Assembly (NCBI GenBank): GCA_964536835.1
Contig: CAZIAZ010000001.1
Location: forward strand, 49,525 to 113,524
Direction: 5' to 3'
Source: an uncultured Planctomycetaceae bacterium
GTDB lineage: Bacteria; Planctomycetota; Phycisphaerae; SM23-33
DNA length: 64,000 nt
In this document: in pieces, positions 18,324-30,281 of the stretch
How the letters are laid out: each line of letters begins with the position of its first letter
Numbering within the stretch: position 1 is the first letter of the stretch
Notes under the pieces: generated by a model
Told to the model about the DNA's origin: nothing
Seen by the model: only the letters and a program-made list of their open reading frames with translations
Database searches by the model: none
Program-made: the position numbers and the translations under genes

Positions 18324-19937
18324 ATGTCGAAGCACATATTCATAACAGGCGGCGTGGTTTCTTCGTTGGGCAAGGGCATAACCGCAGCCTCGCTCGGCCT
18401 GCTGCTAAAACAGCGCGGCCTAAAGGTGGCCATGCAGAAATTCGACCCTTACCTGAACGTCGACCCGGGCACGATGAACCCATATCAGCACGGCGAAACG
18501 TACGTAACCAGAGACGGTGCGGAGACTGACCTCGACCTGGGTCACTATGAGCGATTCACCGGCATAGAAACCACACGCAACAGCAACTACACGTCGGGCC
18601 GCATTTATTCGTCCGTCATCGCCAAGGAGCGGCGAGGCGATTATCTGGGCGGGACCGTTCAGGTCGTACCGCACATCACCGATGAGATTAAAAACGCCGT
18701 CCGCAGCGTGACCGATAGCGTAGACGTCGTGATAACCGAACTCGGCGGCACTGTGGGCGACATAGAAGGCCTGCCGTTCCTGGAAGCGATTCGCCAGTTC
18801 GGCCTGCAGGAAGGCCGCGATAACGTCGTGTTCGTACACGTAACGCTTATCGTGAACGTGGTAGCCGCCGGCGAACGTAAGACAAAACCCACTCAACACA
18901 GCGTGCAGAAATTGCGTGAAATCGGCATAATTCCGGACTTCCTCGTCTGCCGCTGCAACGCCCCGCTAAACGACGATATGAGACGGAAAATCGCTCTTTT
19001 TACTAATGTGAGCGAAGATTGCGTCATAGACGAGCCGGATGTGAAAGACACGATTTTTGAAGTGCCGTTCCAATTCGTCGACCAGCAGCTTGATATGAAG
19101 ATTATCAAACGGCTGGGCCTTAACGCCAAAAATCTTGACATGTCCGAATGGAAAACCATCATTGAACGCATACGTCATCCCAAAGGTGAACTCACAGTAG
19201 CCGTCGTCGGCAAATACGGCGAACTGCAGGATGCGTACAAAAGCATATACGAAGCGCTCGACCACGGCGGAATAGCCAACGAATACAAAGTGAAAATCAA
19301 ACGTGTTCTGGCGGAAAAAGTCGAAGCCGGCAGAGTCGAGGATTTTCTCAAGGATGTCGACGCCGTTCTTGTGCCAGGCGGTTTCGGCAATCGCGGCATG
19401 GAAGGTAAAATAGCAGCCTGCCGTTATGCCCGTGAAAACGGCATACCTTTCCTGGGATTATGTCTGGGCTTGCAGGCGGCGGCTATCGAGTTCGCCCGCA
19501 ACGTCTGCGGCCTCGAAGGCGCCAACACCACGGAAATAGACGAAAAAACCCCGCACCCAGTCATCTACATAATGGAAGACCAGAAGCATATAACCGACAA
19601 GGGCGCGACAATGCGGCTTGGGAATTGGCCGTGCAGGGTTATCGACGGCACAAAAGCCCGCGCAGCCTACGGCGAAGAAATGATTCTCGAACGCCATCGG
19701 CACAGGTACGAGTTCAACAACAGATACCGCAAAATTTTCGAAGAAAAAGGCATGGTCTTCAGCGGCATGAATCCGGATAAGGAAATAGTGGAAATTATCG
19801 AACTGAGAGACCATCCCTGGTTTGTCGCCACGCAGGCACATCCGGAATTCCGCTCTACGCCTGTACGGCCGCATCCGCTTTTCGTGAAACTGGTTGAAAA
19901 CGCCATAAAATACAAGCAGGACAAAAAAAAGGCCTAA
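18324..19937 (+). CDS. pyrG: CTP synthase
   Basis: [19 protein letters not shown] start, synthetase domain, and C-terminal GATase with GLCLGLQ. Confidence 0.9.
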   Translation: MSKHIFITGGVVSSLGKGITAASLGLLLKQRGLKVAMQKFDPYLNVDPGTMNPYQHGETYVTRDGAETDLDLGHYERFTGIETTRNSNYTSGRIYSSVIAKERRGDYLGGTVQVVPHITDEIKNAVRSVTDSVDVVITELGGTVGDIEGLPFLEAIRQFGLQEGRDNVVFVHVTLIVNVVAAGERKTKPTQHSVQKLREIGIIPDFLVCRCNAPLNDDMRRKIALFTNVSEDCVIDEPDVKDTIFEVPFQFVDQQLDMKIIKRLGLNAKNLDMSEWKTIIERIRHPKGELTVAVVGKYGELQDAYKSIYEALDHGGIANEYKVKIKRVLAEKVEAGRVEDFLKDVDAVLVPGGFGNRGMEGKIAACRYARENGIPFLGLCLGLQAAAIEFARNVCGLEGANTTEIDEKTPHPVIYIMEDQKHITDKGATMRLGNWPCRVIDGTKARAAYGEEMILERHRHRYEFNNRYRKIFEEKGMVFSGMNPDKEIVEIIELRDHPWFVATQAHPEFRSTPVRPHPLFVKLVENAIKYKQDKKKA

Positions 19938-20013
19938 CTTTGACCAATGACTAATTTATCTTAAAAAAAAATTGAAAAAAATCGTAAGAATCAGAACTTG
20001 AACGGAATACGAT

Positions 20014-23000
20014 ATGCCCAAAAGAACCGACATACGCAAGATATTGATTATAGGCGCAGGCCCGATAGTAATCGGCCAGGCTTGCGAGTTTGACTACTCC
20101 GGCGTCCAGGCGTGCAAAGCCTTGCGCGACGAAGGCTACGAAGTGGTTCTTCTGAACTCCAACCCAGCCACAATCATGACCGACCCCGAAATGGCGGAAC
20201 ATACATATATCGAGCCCATAACGCTCGAAATACTCGAACGAATCCTGGAGAAGGAACGTCCCGACGCCATATTGCCGACCCTCGGCGGCCAGACTGCGCT
20301 GAATCTCGCTTCGTCCGCATACAAGACCGGCCTTCTGCGGAAGTACGACGTAGAAATGATAGGCGCAACTGCGGAAGTCATCAAGCGTGCCGAAGACCGC
20401 GACGAATTCAAGGAAATCGTCACGGCTGAAGGCATAGAAGTTCTCCGCAGCGAACAGGTCGAGAACATGGACGAAGCCCGCAAAGTCATAAAAGACCTGG
20501 GCCTGCCGGTAGTCATACGTCCAAGTTTTACGCTCGGCGGTACTGGCGGAAGCATAGCGTATAACTATGACGACTTTGAAAAGAAATGCAAAAGCGGGCT
20601 GGAGATTTCGCCGGTTCACAGCGTATTGCTGGAAGAGTGCGCCGTCGGCTGGAAAGAGTTCGAGCTCGAAGTCATGCGCGACAAAGCCAATAATTCCGTC
20701 ATAATCTGCTCGATTGAAAACCTCGACCCTATGGGCGTTCACACCGGCGATTCCATAACCGTCGCCCCGATTCAGACGCTCACCGACCGTGAATATCAGG
20801 CAATGCGGGATGAGGCGCTGGTGATAATCAAGGCTATCGGCGTCGAGACGGGCGGCTGCAATATCCAGTTTGCCGTTCATCCTCAGACCGGCCGCCGCGT
20901 AGCCATCGAAATGAATCCGCGAGTCAGCCGTTCGTCGGCGCTGGCATCGAAGGCTACCGGTTTTCCGATAGCCAAAATAGCGGCTAAGGTAGCAGTAGGC
21001 ATGACGCTGGATGAAATCCCGAACGACATCACGCTGGAAACACCGGCGTGTTTCGAGCCGACGATAGACTACTGCGTCGTAAAAATACCACGATTCACGT
21101 TTGAAAAATTTCCGGCGTCCGACCCCACTCTTACGGTCAGCATGAAGTCCGTAGGCGAGGTAATGAGCATCGGCCGAACGTTCAAAGAGGCGTTCCAGAA
21201 GGCGTTGAGAGGCCTTGAAACCAAGCGGTTCGGCTTAGGTGCGGACGGCAGGGACGTCAACCTCGACGATATCGACGATTCAATGATTGAGGAAAAACTC
21301 AGCATCCCGAATGCAGAAAGAGTTTTTTGGCTGCGATATGCGTTCCAGAAGGGTTACTCGGTGGACGACGTGTATGGGCTGACCATGATAGACCCGTGGT
21401 TTCTGGATAATATCAAGCAGATAGTCGAATACGAATCGACGTTAGCCGGCAAGGCATCGCTAACCGACAAGGAACTTTTCGATGCCAAGCGAATGGGTTT
21501 CAGCGACGTTCAGCTTGCGCATCTGCTTGGGAAAACGCAGGATGAAATTCGCGAACAGCGCTACGACGCCGATATTCGCGCCGTCTTCAAACAGGTCGAC
21601 ACCTGCGGCGGAGAATTTGAAGCTCATACGCCGTATTTCTATTCGACGTATGAAAAAACCGACGAATCCGAATCCAAAGGCGGCGGGATAATGATTCTGG
21701 GCGGCGGGCCGAACCGCATCGGCCAGGGCCTTGAATTCGACTACTGCTGCGTACATGCCGCCGACGCCATCACCAACGCCGGCTTTGAATCCATAATGGT
21801 CAACTGCAACCCTGAAACGGTTTCGACCGATTATGACACATCCGACAGGCTGTACTTCGAGCCGTTGACGCTGGAGGACGTGTTGGAGATAGTCAATCGC
21901 GAAAAGCCGCGTGGCCTTATCGTGCAGTTCGGCGGCCAGACGCCGTTGAACCTGTCGTCAGGCCTTAAAAAGTGCGGCGTTCCGATACTCGGCACAAGCC
22001 CCGACTCCATCGACCGCGCCGAAGACCGCAAACTTTTCTCCGAAATGGTTCGCAAACTCAATCTCCGTCAGCCGGCGAACGGCATGGCTGACACGGTACA
22101 GGGCTCGCTCGACATCGCCGCACAGATAGGATATCCCGTAATAGTTCGGCCGAGTTTCGTACTCGGCGGCCGAGCGATGGAAATCGTCTATTCGCCGGAA
22201 GACCTCAAAGTTTTTGCGAAAATGGCGTTTGAAACTTCAGACGGCGCGGCAGTTCTCATCGATAAATTCCTTGAAGACGCCATAGAGGTCGACGTCGACG
22301 CCGTAAGCGACGGCACGGACGTTTACATCGCCGGCCTTATGGAACACATCGAATACGCCGGCTGCCACAGCGGCGACGCCGCCATGGTTCTGCCGCCACA
22401 GCAGCTCCCTCAATCGGTAATTGACGAAATATCAGACGCGACGCGAAAACTCGCATTTGAGCTCGACGTGCGCGGCCTTATGAACGTGCAGTTCGCCGTC
22501 TCACAGGATAACGAAGTCTACATACTCGAAGTCAATCCGCGAGCGTCGCGTACCGTGCCGTTCGTCTCCAAGGTCACCGGCGTGCCGATAGCCAAGGTGG
22601 CGACGCACATCATGCTCGGCAGCACGCTGAAGGAGATGGGCCTTGACAAGCCGCTGCCGCCGCTCAACCATATGGGCGTCAAGGAATCGGTATTCCCGTT
22701 CAACCGCTTCCCTGGCGTCGACGCAATGCTGGGACCTGAAATGAAATCAACGGGCGAGGTCATGGGCATAGATACCGATTTCTGCCTCGCCTACGCCAAG
22801 AGCCAGCAAGCCTCCGGCACAAAACTGCCCATCAGCGGTACGGTCTGCATTTCCGTCAAACGAGCCGACAGAGCCGCCATGGCCCCCATCGTGGCCAAGC
22901 TAAAGGAAATGGGTTTCAACATCCTCGCGACCGAAGGCACAGCCAAAACGCTGGCGGAAAACGGCGTGGAGTCCAAACGTATCAACAAGGTCGGCCAGGG

Positions 23001-23271
23001 CCAGCCGCATATCGTCGACGCGATAAAAAACGGCGAAATAGACCTGATTATCAATACGCCGTCAGGCCGCCGGCCAAGAGCGGACGAACAGGCGATACGC
23101 ATAAGCGCCGTCAACAACGGCATATCGCTGATAACCACCGTCACCGCCGCCAGCGCGTGCGTGGACAGCATCGAGCGGCTGCGGGAAACGCATCTTGCTG
23201 CCGTGCCGATTCAGAATTATCTCAAAGACAGAATAAACGCGGTTAATCTGCCGGTTAAACCGAAGAAATAG
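20014..23271 (+). CDS. carB: Carbamoyl-phosphate synthase large subunit
   Basis: 1085 aa with duplicated ATP-grasp halves and an MGS-like C-terminal domain. N-terminus is [23 protein letters not shown]. Confidence 0.95.
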   Translation: MPKRTDIRKILIIGAGPIVIGQACEFDYSGVQACKALRDEGYEVVLLNSNPATIMTDPEMAEHTYIEPITLEILERILEKERPDAILPTLGGQTALNLASSAYKTGLLRKYDVEMIGATAEVIKRAEDRDEFKEIVTAEGIEVLRSEQVENMDEARKVIKDLGLPVVIRPSFTLGGTGGSIAYNYDDFEKKCKSGLEISPVHSVLLEECAVGWKEFELEVMRDKANNSVIICSIENLDPMGVHTGDSITVAPIQTLTDREYQAMRDEALVIIKAIGVETGGCNIQFAVHPQTGRRVAIEMNPRVSRSSALASKATGFPIAKIAAKVAVGMTLDEIPNDITLETPACFEPTIDYCVVKIPRFTFEKFPASDPTLTVSMKSVGEVMSIGRTFKEAFQKALRGLETKRFGLGADGRDVNLDDIDDSMIEEKLSIPNAERVFWLRYAFQKGYSVDDVYGLTMIDPWFLDNIKQIVEYESTLAGKASLTDKELFDAKRMGFSDVQLAHLLGKTQDEIREQRYDADIRAVFKQVDTCGGEFEAHTPYFYSTYEKTDESESKGGGIMILGGGPNRIGQGLEFDYCCVHAADAITNAGFESIMVNCNPETVSTDYDTSDRLYFEPLTLEDVLEIVNREKPRGLIVQFGGQTPLNLSSGLKKCGVPILGTSPDSIDRAEDRKLFSEMVRKLNLRQPANGMADTVQGSLDIAAQIGYPVIVRPSFVLGGRAMEIVYSPEDLKVFAKMAFETSDGAAVLIDKFLEDAIEVDVDAVSDGTDVYIAGLMEHIEYAGCHSGDAAMVLPPQQLPQSVIDEISDATRKLAFELDVRGLMNVQFAVSQDNEVYILEVNPRASRTVPFVSKVTGVPIAKVATHIMLGSTLKEMGLDKPLPPLNHMGVKESVFPFNRFPGVDAMLGPEMKSTGEVMGIDTDFCLAYAKSQQASGTKLPISGTVCISVKRADRAAMAPIVAKLKEMGFNILATEGTAKTLAENGVESKRINKVGQGQPHIVDAIKNGEIDLIINTPSGRRPRADEQAIRISAVNNGISLITTVTAASACVDSIERLRETHLAAVPIQNYLKDRINAVNLPVKPKK

Positions 23272-23327
23272 AACTGCGCATCAAGGCTGTTTGTTAAAAC
23301 GGCTTTTTATGATATAATCGGTGAGTT

Positions 23328-24920
23328 ATGACTGAAGAATTGCATCACGAATGTGGCGTTGCAGCCCTTTACTGGCTGAACGAAGCGTATAACGGCTCAA
23401 GGGACGGACAGGCGTCGGAACTGGTGGTCAATGACGATGTTACGCCGCTGATGTCGCCGTTGTTGCTGGACTTGCAGAATCGCGGCCAGCTTGCCGCCGG
23501 CATAAGCTCATATAACCCAAAACGGGTACAGGTTCTCGATACCTTCAAGGACGTCGGCAGGGTCAGCGAAGTTTTTCGCATGTCGCACCCCGGAAAGTAT
23601 AAGGCGATAATGGAGGAATACGCCGGCCGTGCCGTTATCGGCCATACGAGATACGCAACCTGCGGCGCGGACGATTCCCGTTACGCGCAGCCGTTCGAAC
23701 GGCATCACGGCAGAGCATGGAAATGGTTTACATTCGCATTCAACGGCAACCTTTCAAACTATCGCGAATTGAGAGAGAGACTCCTCAGCCGCCGCGATTA
23801 TATAATTACGCTTGATACCGATACTGAAATCATCATGCATATGCTGGCTTACCAGCTGCGGCACGATTCCCCGCCGGATCTTGCCAAGGTCATGAGCGAA
23901 TTAGCCGTCGATTTTGACGGCGCGTACAATATAGTCTTTCTCGATGCCAAGGGACGTATGTTCGTATGTCGCGACCCGCTGGGCCTACGGCCGTTGTGCT
24001 GGGCCGTCCAGGGAAAACTTTTCGGCGTCGCCAGTGAATCGATGGCATTGTCCAATCTCGGTTTTGACGACATTCATTCGCTTGAACCAGGCATGATGGG
24101 TATAGTAGAAGAAGGCAGGCTGCGATTCGAGCGATTCGCGCCTTCAACGCGCAAGGCACACTGCTTTTTTGAATGGGTATATTTTTCCAACGTCGGCAGC
24201 GTTCAGGACGATTCGAGCGTTTACCTGTCGCGCAGCCGGGCAGGCAAAATACTCGCAGCCAAGGAAGACCAGAACGTCAAAGGCGACGACGTAGTCGTCG
24301 TGCCGGTTCCCGACACCGCGAAAGCCGCTGCGGATTCATTTGCATTCGCATTGGGCATTCCCTGCATGGAAGGCCTTATACGCAATCGTTACGTCGGCAG
24401 GACGTTCATTCAGCCAGGTTCATCGCGCGGCATGACAGTACGCAGCAAGTACACGCCACAGCCGGCTCTGCTGAAAGGCAGAAAAGTTTTCCTGGTAGAC
24501 GATTCAATAGTGCGGTGCACGACCATGAAGGCGCTGGTCAAACGGCTCAAGGAATTCGGCAAAGCCAGGGAAGTGCACGTCCGCGTGGCATGTCCTCCGA
24601 TTATAGCGCCGTGTTTTTACGGCATTGACATGTCGACTCTCGGTGAGCTTTTTGCGCACAGATACATAGACGAAAACTATGCGGGTGACCTCACGCCGCA
24701 GCAGGAAAAAACCATGGCTGCCGAACTGGGCGTGGATTCGCTGCGATATCTCAGCGTGGACGACCTTTCGGCCAGCATATTGATGCCCAAAAATCATCTT
24801 TGCACCGGCTGTGTTTTGGGCAAATATCCAACAGACTACGGCAATCGCCTCATGTGTGCCGCCAGGAAAAACGACGCCGAAGGTAAAATCGGCAGAACCT
24901 ACGAAAGCTGCAATTCCTAG
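23328..24920 (+). CDS. purF: Amidophosphoribosyltransferase (glutamine PRPP amidotransferase)
   Basis: A short propeptide then the catalytic Cys (HHE-CGVAALY), an Ntn GATase domain, a PRTase domain, and C-terminal Cys residues consistent with an Fe-S type. Confidence 0.85.
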   Translation: MTEELHHECGVAALYWLNEAYNGSRDGQASELVVNDDVTPLMSPLLLDLQNRGQLAAGISSYNPKRVQVLDTFKDVGRVSEVFRMSHPGKYKAIMEEYAGRAVIGHTRYATCGADDSRYAQPFERHHGRAWKWFTFAFNGNLSNYRELRERLLSRRDYIITLDTDTEIIMHMLAYQLRHDSPPDLAKVMSELAVDFDGAYNIVFLDAKGRMFVCRDPLGLRPLCWAVQGKLFGVASESMALSNLGFDDIHSLEPGMMGIVEEGRLRFERFAPSTRKAHCFFEWVYFSNVGSVQDDSSVYLSRSRAGKILAAKEDQNVKGDDVVVVPVPDTAKAAADSFAFALGIPCMEGLIRNRYVGRTFIQPGSSRGMTVRSKYTPQPALLKGRKVFLVDDSIVRCTTMKALVKRLKEFGKAREVHVRVACPPIIAPCFYGIDMSTLGELFAHRYIDENYAGDLTPQQEKTMAAELGVDSLRYLSVDDLSASILMPKNHLCTGCVLGKYPTDYGNRLMCAARKNDAEGKIGRTYESCNS

Positions 24921-24964
24921 AAAAATTTTGCGCCGTTAAAAACTCACGATTTTTAATTTTTAAT

Positions 24965-27034
24965 ATGGACATTCAACTCGATACGCCGGTGCAATATGTA
25001 AAACGGGTCGGCCCAGCCAGAGCCGAGCAACTTGCGGCATTGAATATTCACAACGTCGAAGATCTCATAATGCACTTCCCTCGCAGATTCGATCTTCGCA
25101 GGCAGGCACAGCCGATAGCATCGCTCAACGACGGCAATGAAGCAACGGTAGTCGGCACGGTAATAACCGCCAAACTCGGCGGCCCAAGGAAAAAGCCCAT
25201 CTTTTCGGCTACCATCGAGGATGATACGGCGACCATTTCAATCCGCTGGTTTTTCGGCGGATATCTCGCAAAGACGATTCAGGAAGGCACGGTCATAGCG
25301 GTATCGGGCAAAGTCTGCCGTTATCGCGGCGCGCTGCAGTTCATCAATCCCGGACATCAGGTAATTTACGACCCGCACGGAACGTCTCTCGACCGCGATG
25401 AACTCATGCCGGTATATCCGGCTAGCGGCAAACTCTCCAGCAATATCATAGCCGGCATAATCAAAATCGTTCTGCCGGAAGTGCCGCGGCTGATTCGTCC
25501 CTGGTTCGACAAGGCATTCCTCGCCAAGCGAAGCCTCATGGACAGGCCCACTGCGATAACAGCCATGCACAATCCCGACGACCGTGAGCATTGGCTGCAG
25601 GCGCGGCGGCGGTTAGCCTACGACGAATGCATGTTGATGCAGCTTGGAATCGCACTTATGCGCACGCGGGAAGTTTCCAGGCCGGCCCACTCGCTTAAAT
25701 GGACACCGGCGATAGATTCGCACATCCGCGCCAGATTCCCGTTTGAATTGACGGCTGCCCAGAACGGCGCCATTAAGGAAATAGTATCCGACCTTGCAAA
25801 AAATCACCCGATGAACCGGTTGGTACAGGGCGACGTCGGCAGCGGCAAAACAGTCGTCGCGGTTTATGCGGCACTCACTGCGGTAGCGAATAAAAAGCAG
25901 GTCGCCATAATGGCGCCAACAGAAATTCTTGCCCGCCAGCATTACGAAAAAATCACCCGATACCTCGACGGCAGCCAGGTTCGCACGGCACTGCTGGTCG
26001 GTGCAATGCCCGGCAATGCGGCTGACCGCATCAGGGCTGAGCTCGCAAATGGAGATGTGCATATTGTAGTCGGCACTCATGCACTGCTCGGCGAAACGGT
26101 GAAATTCCGCGAGCTGGCACTTGTAATAGTGGACGAGCAGCACAAGTTCGGCGTGGAGCAGCGAACCGGCCTTCGCGGCAAGGGATTCGCGCCGCATTAC
26201 CTGGTCATGACGGCGACGCCGATACCGCGAACGCTGGCTATGACAGTTTTCGGCGACCTGGACGTTTCGACGATAGATTCTCTGCCGCCCGGCCGCGGCG
26301 TTACGCATACCAGTTGCGTGACGCCGTCAAAATTTGACGAAGTTATCGATTTCACAGCAAACAAAATCCGGCAGGGTCAGCAGGCATACTTCATCTATCC
26401 GCTGGTAACGCCGTCGCCGACGCTGGAACTCCAAGCCGCCGAGCAGGCGCTGAAAAAACTCTCTGCCGGCCCATTGGGCGAATTCGGCGTGGGAATGATT
26501 CACGGCCAAATGAAGGCGGAACAGAAAAACGATATCATGCGGGCATTCGCGGCCGGCCGCATAAAAATTCTCGTGGCATCAGTGGTGGTCGAAGTCGGCG
26601 TAGATGTGTCGCAGGCAAATGTAATTGTAATAAACCACGCCGAACGTTTCGGCTTAGCCCAGCTTCATCAGCTCAGGGGTCGCGTCGGCAGAAGCGCCGA
26701 TGACGCAAATTGCATACTCGTCGCATCGCCAAATAACCCCATTGCAAAACGACGCATGGAAATTCTGTGTGAAACGTCAGACGGATTTAAAATTTCCGAG
26801 GAAGACTTGCGGCTGAGAGGGCCTGGAGAGATTTTCGGCACACGTCAGCACGGCATGCCGGAATTGAAGGTGGCTGACCTTGTGGAAGATTTCGATCTGC
26901 TGCGGCTGGCGAGGCGGGACGCTTTCAAAATAATAGAAGAAGACCCCGACCTGGCCGCTCCGCATAATCAGCAACTCCGCCGTATGATGCTGCGAATGTA
27001 CGCCGGAAAATTGACCTTCATAACCGGAGCATAA
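24965..27034 (+). CDS. recG: ATP-dependent DNA helicase RecG
   Basis: 689 aa. Wedge/OB domain, then SF2 helicase motifs (GDVGSGKT, DEQH, TATPIPRT) and the TRG motif region. Confidence 0.9.
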   Translation: MDIQLDTPVQYVKRVGPARAEQLAALNIHNVEDLIMHFPRRFDLRRQAQPIASLNDGNEATVVGTVITAKLGGPRKKPIFSATIEDDTATISIRWFFGGYLAKTIQEGTVIAVSGKVCRYRGALQFINPGHQVIYDPHGTSLDRDELMPVYPASGKLSSNIIAGIIKIVLPEVPRLIRPWFDKAFLAKRSLMDRPTAITAMHNPDDREHWLQARRRLAYDECMLMQLGIALMRTREVSRPAHSLKWTPAIDSHIRARFPFELTAAQNGAIKEIVSDLAKNHPMNRLVQGDVGSGKTVVAVYAALTAVANKKQVAIMAPTEILARQHYEKITRYLDGSQVRTALLVGAMPGNAADRIRAELANGDVHIVVGTHALLGETVKFRELALVIVDEQHKFGVEQRTGLRGKGFAPHYLVMTATPIPRTLAMTVFGDLDVSTIDSLPPGRGVTHTSCVTPSKFDEVIDFTANKIRQGQQAYFIYPLVTPSPTLELQAAEQALKKLSAGPLGEFGVGMIHGQMKAEQKNDIMRAFAAGRIKILVASVVVEVGVDVSQANVIVINHAERFGLAQLHQLRGRVGRSADDANCILVASPNNPIAKRRMEILCETSDGFKISEEDLRLRGPGEIFGTRQHGMPELKVADLVEDFDLLRLARRDAFKIIEEDPDLAAPHNQQLRRMMLRMYAGKLTFITGA

Positions 27035-27096
27035 CCGGCTTTCAAAATTTCCGCCCAGCCGGCCACTCTTGTAGATGTCATCGAGTTTTTCCCCAT

Positions 27097-27257
27097 TAGA
27101 GCATATTAAACTTGACTTTGCGCTTGTTGCTGTTTGCGGCGTCGGCTGGCTGCGTCAGGCTGCATCGGAAACCATATAAGGTTGCCTGCTTCGCCTTCCT
27201 TGCCAGCCTCGTCCTCAACGACGCAACAAGTCGCAATTTCAAATTTAACATGCTCTA
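27097..27257. repeat. Palindromic intergenic element with the same conserved 34-nt core as 8223-8374
   Basis: A long imperfect inverted repeat, tagagcatattaaacttgactttgcgcttgttgc (27097-27130) against gcaacaagtcgcaatttcaaatttaacatgctcta (27224-27257). The core ctgcatcggaaaccatataaggttgcctgcttcg lies at 27160-27193. Confidence 0.65.
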
Positions 27258-27339
27258 AAAAATCCAAGTGGTATTTTTCTGAACGATAATATAACGTTTT
27301 TTAAAAATTACTTTCCTCTTAAAAAAATATTTTAACCTG

Positions 27340-28044
27340 TCAATCAACATCCTGCCCTGAAATACCGTCGGTAGTAAGATTCGGATCAGGGTAACCGTCG
27401 TTCGCGGTGTGCATTTCCCCGGCACGCAAAAACCGGACCGACCCGTCAGCGAAAACAAAATTCCTTGCGCCGTAATCGCTCCACCAGCCGTTATCCGATG
27501 CAAAATCGTCATGGTTGCCGTTCCATTCTCCCGAAAGTATCTTTTTTGACGTATATGTCAGTGCATTGCCGTTCTGCACAATGGTGGGATATTCCGATTG
27601 ACACGTATAGGAGTATACCTTGTCGACCATATCGTTTATCTGTTTTAAAGAATGATAAAAACTCATGGAATAGGCGTAACTCGTAGCGTCGTATGTCGTC
27701 TTGGCGGCTGGGTCAGCCGGACAGAGCATGACGGAATGCGCACCGGATATACCGGCATGCATGGCAAGCTCATCAGCCATCACGTCGCGCATGCCGCGGC
27801 CCATCCACGTCCAGTAAAACGGCGACGTCGAAACAGGATCCTGCCTGGCCGGGTAAATATCATTATAATTACTGCGATACATCTCGATTGCTTTATAAAT
27901 ATTGCCCAAATTGACCTGGCAGAGGATTTTGCGGCTCATCTCCTTAGCCTGCGAAAGCGACGGCAGAAGAATGCTGGCTAATAATGATATTATCCCCACG
28001 ACCATCAGAAGTTCGATTAGTGAAAAGGCTTTTTTTGTGCGCAT
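27340..28044 (-). CDS. Prepilin-type N-terminal cleavage/methylation domain protein with DUF1559 (HX9DG) domain; pseudopilin-like
   Basis: N-terminus KKAFSLIELLMVVGIISLLASILLP is a class III signal/methylation motif. C-terminus carries NFVFADGSVRFL (the H-X9-DG motif). This architecture is typical of Planctomycetota. Confidence 0.8.
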   Translation of the reverse strand: MRTKKAFSLIELLMVVGIISLLASILLPSLSQAKEMSRKILCQVNLGNIYKAIEMYRSNYNDIYPARQDPVSTSPFYWTWMGRGMRDVMADELAMHAGISGAHSVMLCPADPAAKTTYDATSYAYSMSFYHSLKQINDMVDKVYSYTCQSEYPTIVQNGNALTYTSKKILSGEWNGNHDDFASDNGWWSDYGARNFVFADGSVRFLRAGEMHTANDGYPDPNLTTDGISGQDVD

Positions 28045-28097
28045 ATTCCGACTCCCGTAATAATGGATTCCGAGATTTTCCGTAACAGGCGTGCGTT

Positions 28098-29099
28098 TCA
28101 GAATTTTATAACTGCGCCGGCCCAGGTAAGGCCTGCCCCGAAAGCAACCATGACAATGGTTTTGCCGGAACTCAGGAGACCGTGCCTGGCGGCTTCGTCC
28201 AATGCAAGCGGTATCGATGCCGCCGACGTGTTGCCGCGTTTGTCGATGTTGACGAAAACTTTTTCTATCGGAAACTTGTGCTTTTCCGTTGCCGACTCGA
28301 TTATGCGAATGTTTACCTGATGCGGCACGACAAGATCAACATCGTTTACTGTCAGATTGGTTTTTTCCATGCAGTCGCCGAGCAGCCATTGCATTTTTTC
28401 TACGGCAAACTTGTAGACTTCGCGGCCTTTCATCTTTATGAAATGGTCGCGGGCATCCACGGTTTCATGTGACGCAGGAGTTTTCGACCCGCCGGCTGGC
28501 GTGCAGATGAAATCCCAGCCTTCGCCGTCGGCTTTCAGGACTGTATAAAGAACGCCGACATTTTCGTCGGCAGTAGGTTCAAGAATCACCGCTCCGGCGC
28601 CGTCACCGAATATGATACAACTGCCCCTGTCCTGATAATCGGTCATGGTCGTAAGCGAGTCGGCTCCGATAACGAGGATTTTTTTATATTTCCCGGTTTC
28701 GATAAACTGGCTGCCTACAGTCAAACCGTAAATGAAACCACTGCAGGCTGCCGCCAGGTCAAAACATGGTACTTCGGTAGCACCGATGGCTTTCTGGACA
28801 AAGCAGGCGGTCGAAGGAAGCGGCATATCGGGAGTGCAGGTGGCTACGATAATCAGGTCAAGGTCGGTTGCTTTTACGTTGGCGTTTTCAAGCGCGGCAG
28901 AGGCAGCTCTGGCGGCAAGAACGGATGTGTATTCCCCGTCAGAAACGACGTGCCGTTGACGTATGCCGGTGCGCTGAACTATCCATTCGTCGGTGGTGTC
29001 GACTATCTTCTCAAAATCCTTGTTGGTCATCACCCTGGACGGGACAGCCGACCCGAAGCCGGTTATCTTTGCTCTGACACCTGCCATTGATTGCTCCAA
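28098..29099 (-). CDS. fabH: 3-oxoacyl-ACP synthase III
   Basis: Catalytic Cys in AACSGF, plus His/Asn blocks. 333 aa. Sits in an rpmF-plsX-fabH arrangement. Confidence 0.85.
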   Translation of the reverse strand: MEQSMAGVRAKITGFGSAVPSRVMTNKDFEKIVDTTDEWIVQRTGIRQRHVVSDGEYTSVLAARAASAALENANVKATDLDLIIVATCTPDMPLPSTACFVQKAIGATEVPCFDLAAACSGFIYGLTVGSQFIETGKYKKILVIGADSLTTMTDYQDRGSCIIFGDGAGAVILEPTADENVGVLYTVLKADGEGWDFICTPAGGSKTPASHETVDARDHFIKMKGREVYKFAVEKMQWLLGDCMEKTNLTVNDVDLVVPHQVNIRIIESATEKHKFPIEKVFVNIDKRGNTSAASIPLALDEAARHGLLSSGKTIVMVAFGAGLTWAGAVIKF

Positions 29100-29251
29100 T
29101 CATTAAGTAAAAGGCCCCATTATGGGGGCCCCGCCAGAATTTTTTTGTTCCTACTTTTCCAGTCAGCCGATTCCGGCTGGCCGGCTCATGGTGCATTTTT
29201 CGCAAAAGTAAAGATTCATTCTGCAATAAAAAATTCAAGCGGCGGCTGTTT

Positions 29252-30256
29252 TCAGACCGTTACTTCAACATCATTCGCCAGATGTTCCAGAATATGCTGG
29301 TTAACATCCTGACTGCCGAAAATTTTGGCTTTTAATATGGCGTTCATTATGCCGCTGGAACTGCTGGCACCGTGGCATATCAGCCATATGCCGTCCATGC
29401 CCAGAAGCGGCGCACCGCCGTAATTGTTCGAATCAAACTCTTCCGCAAGCTTGCCGACGACCTGTAAAACGCGGCCGAGCTGGTCGGGCATGATTTCCTC
29501 AAACTTCTGCAACATGCCCTTGACTATGCTTTCCGCCATCCCCTCGATAACCTTGAGGATGACATTGCCCACAAACCCTTCGCAGACCATCACGTCGGCT
29601 ACGCCGCGCAGGATGTCCCGCCCTTCGACGTTGCCTACGAACCGGATGCGCTTTTCTGCCCGCATCAATTCATTAGTCTGCTTTACAAGGTCGTTGCCTT
29701 TGACGTCCTCCTCGCCGATGCTTATAAGACCGACGCGGGGATTTTCAACATTGTGCGTATACTTGAGATACTCTGAGCACATGATGCCGTATTGCAGCAG
29801 ATTCTGCGGCCGACAGTTTACGTTAGCCCCGACGTCGCACAGGGCGAATATGCCCTTAAACGTCGGTGCCACCACCATTATGCCCGGCCTGGCAACGCCC
29901 TTCAGACGTCTCATATACATCTGGGCAGCCGCCACGCATGCGCCGGTATTGCCCGCCGATATGCAGGCGTCAATTTCGCCTTCACGATGCTGAACAGTCA
30001 TAACCACCAGCGAGGAATCCTTTTTCGAACGGATTGCCTCAACCGGCGAATCGTCCATCGCCACGACCTGCGACGTATGGACTACTTCTATCAGCGAGAC
30101 ATCGTCAGCCTTGGCCAATTCGGCGGTAATAGCATCACGGTCGCCAAACAGGACAATCCGGTCGCCTGAGTCCAACCTGGACTGGGCGGCTACCGCGCCG
30201 GCGACCACGACTGATATGCCGCGATCACCACCCATAGCATCGACACCAATACGCAT
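29252..30256 (-). CDS. plsX: Phosphate acyltransferase PlsX
   Basis: MRIGVDAMGGDRG start and overall PlsX blocks. Confidence 0.9.
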   Translation of the reverse strand: MRIGVDAMGGDRGISVVVAGAVAAQSRLDSGDRIVLFGDRDAITAELAKADDVSLIEVVHTSQVVAMDDSPVEAIRSKKDSSLVVMTVQHREGEIDACISAGNTGACVAAAQMYMRRLKGVARPGIMVVAPTFKGIFALCDVGANVNCRPQNLLQYGIMCSEYLKYTHNVENPRVGLISIGEEDVKGNDLVKQTNELMRAEKRIRFVGNVEGRDILRGVADVMVCEGFVGNVILKVIEGMAESIVKGMLQKFEEIMPDQLGRVLQVVGKLAEEFDSNNYGGAPLLGMDGIWLICHGASSSSGIMNAILKAKIFGSQDVNQHILEHLANDVEVTV

Positions 30257-30281
30257 ATACTCGCTCCAGATAGTTTCTGGC

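Noticed and set aside
19951-20880. 309-aa ORF on the minus strand
   Set aside because: Antisense to the start of carB and the end of the pyrG region. Shadow ORF.
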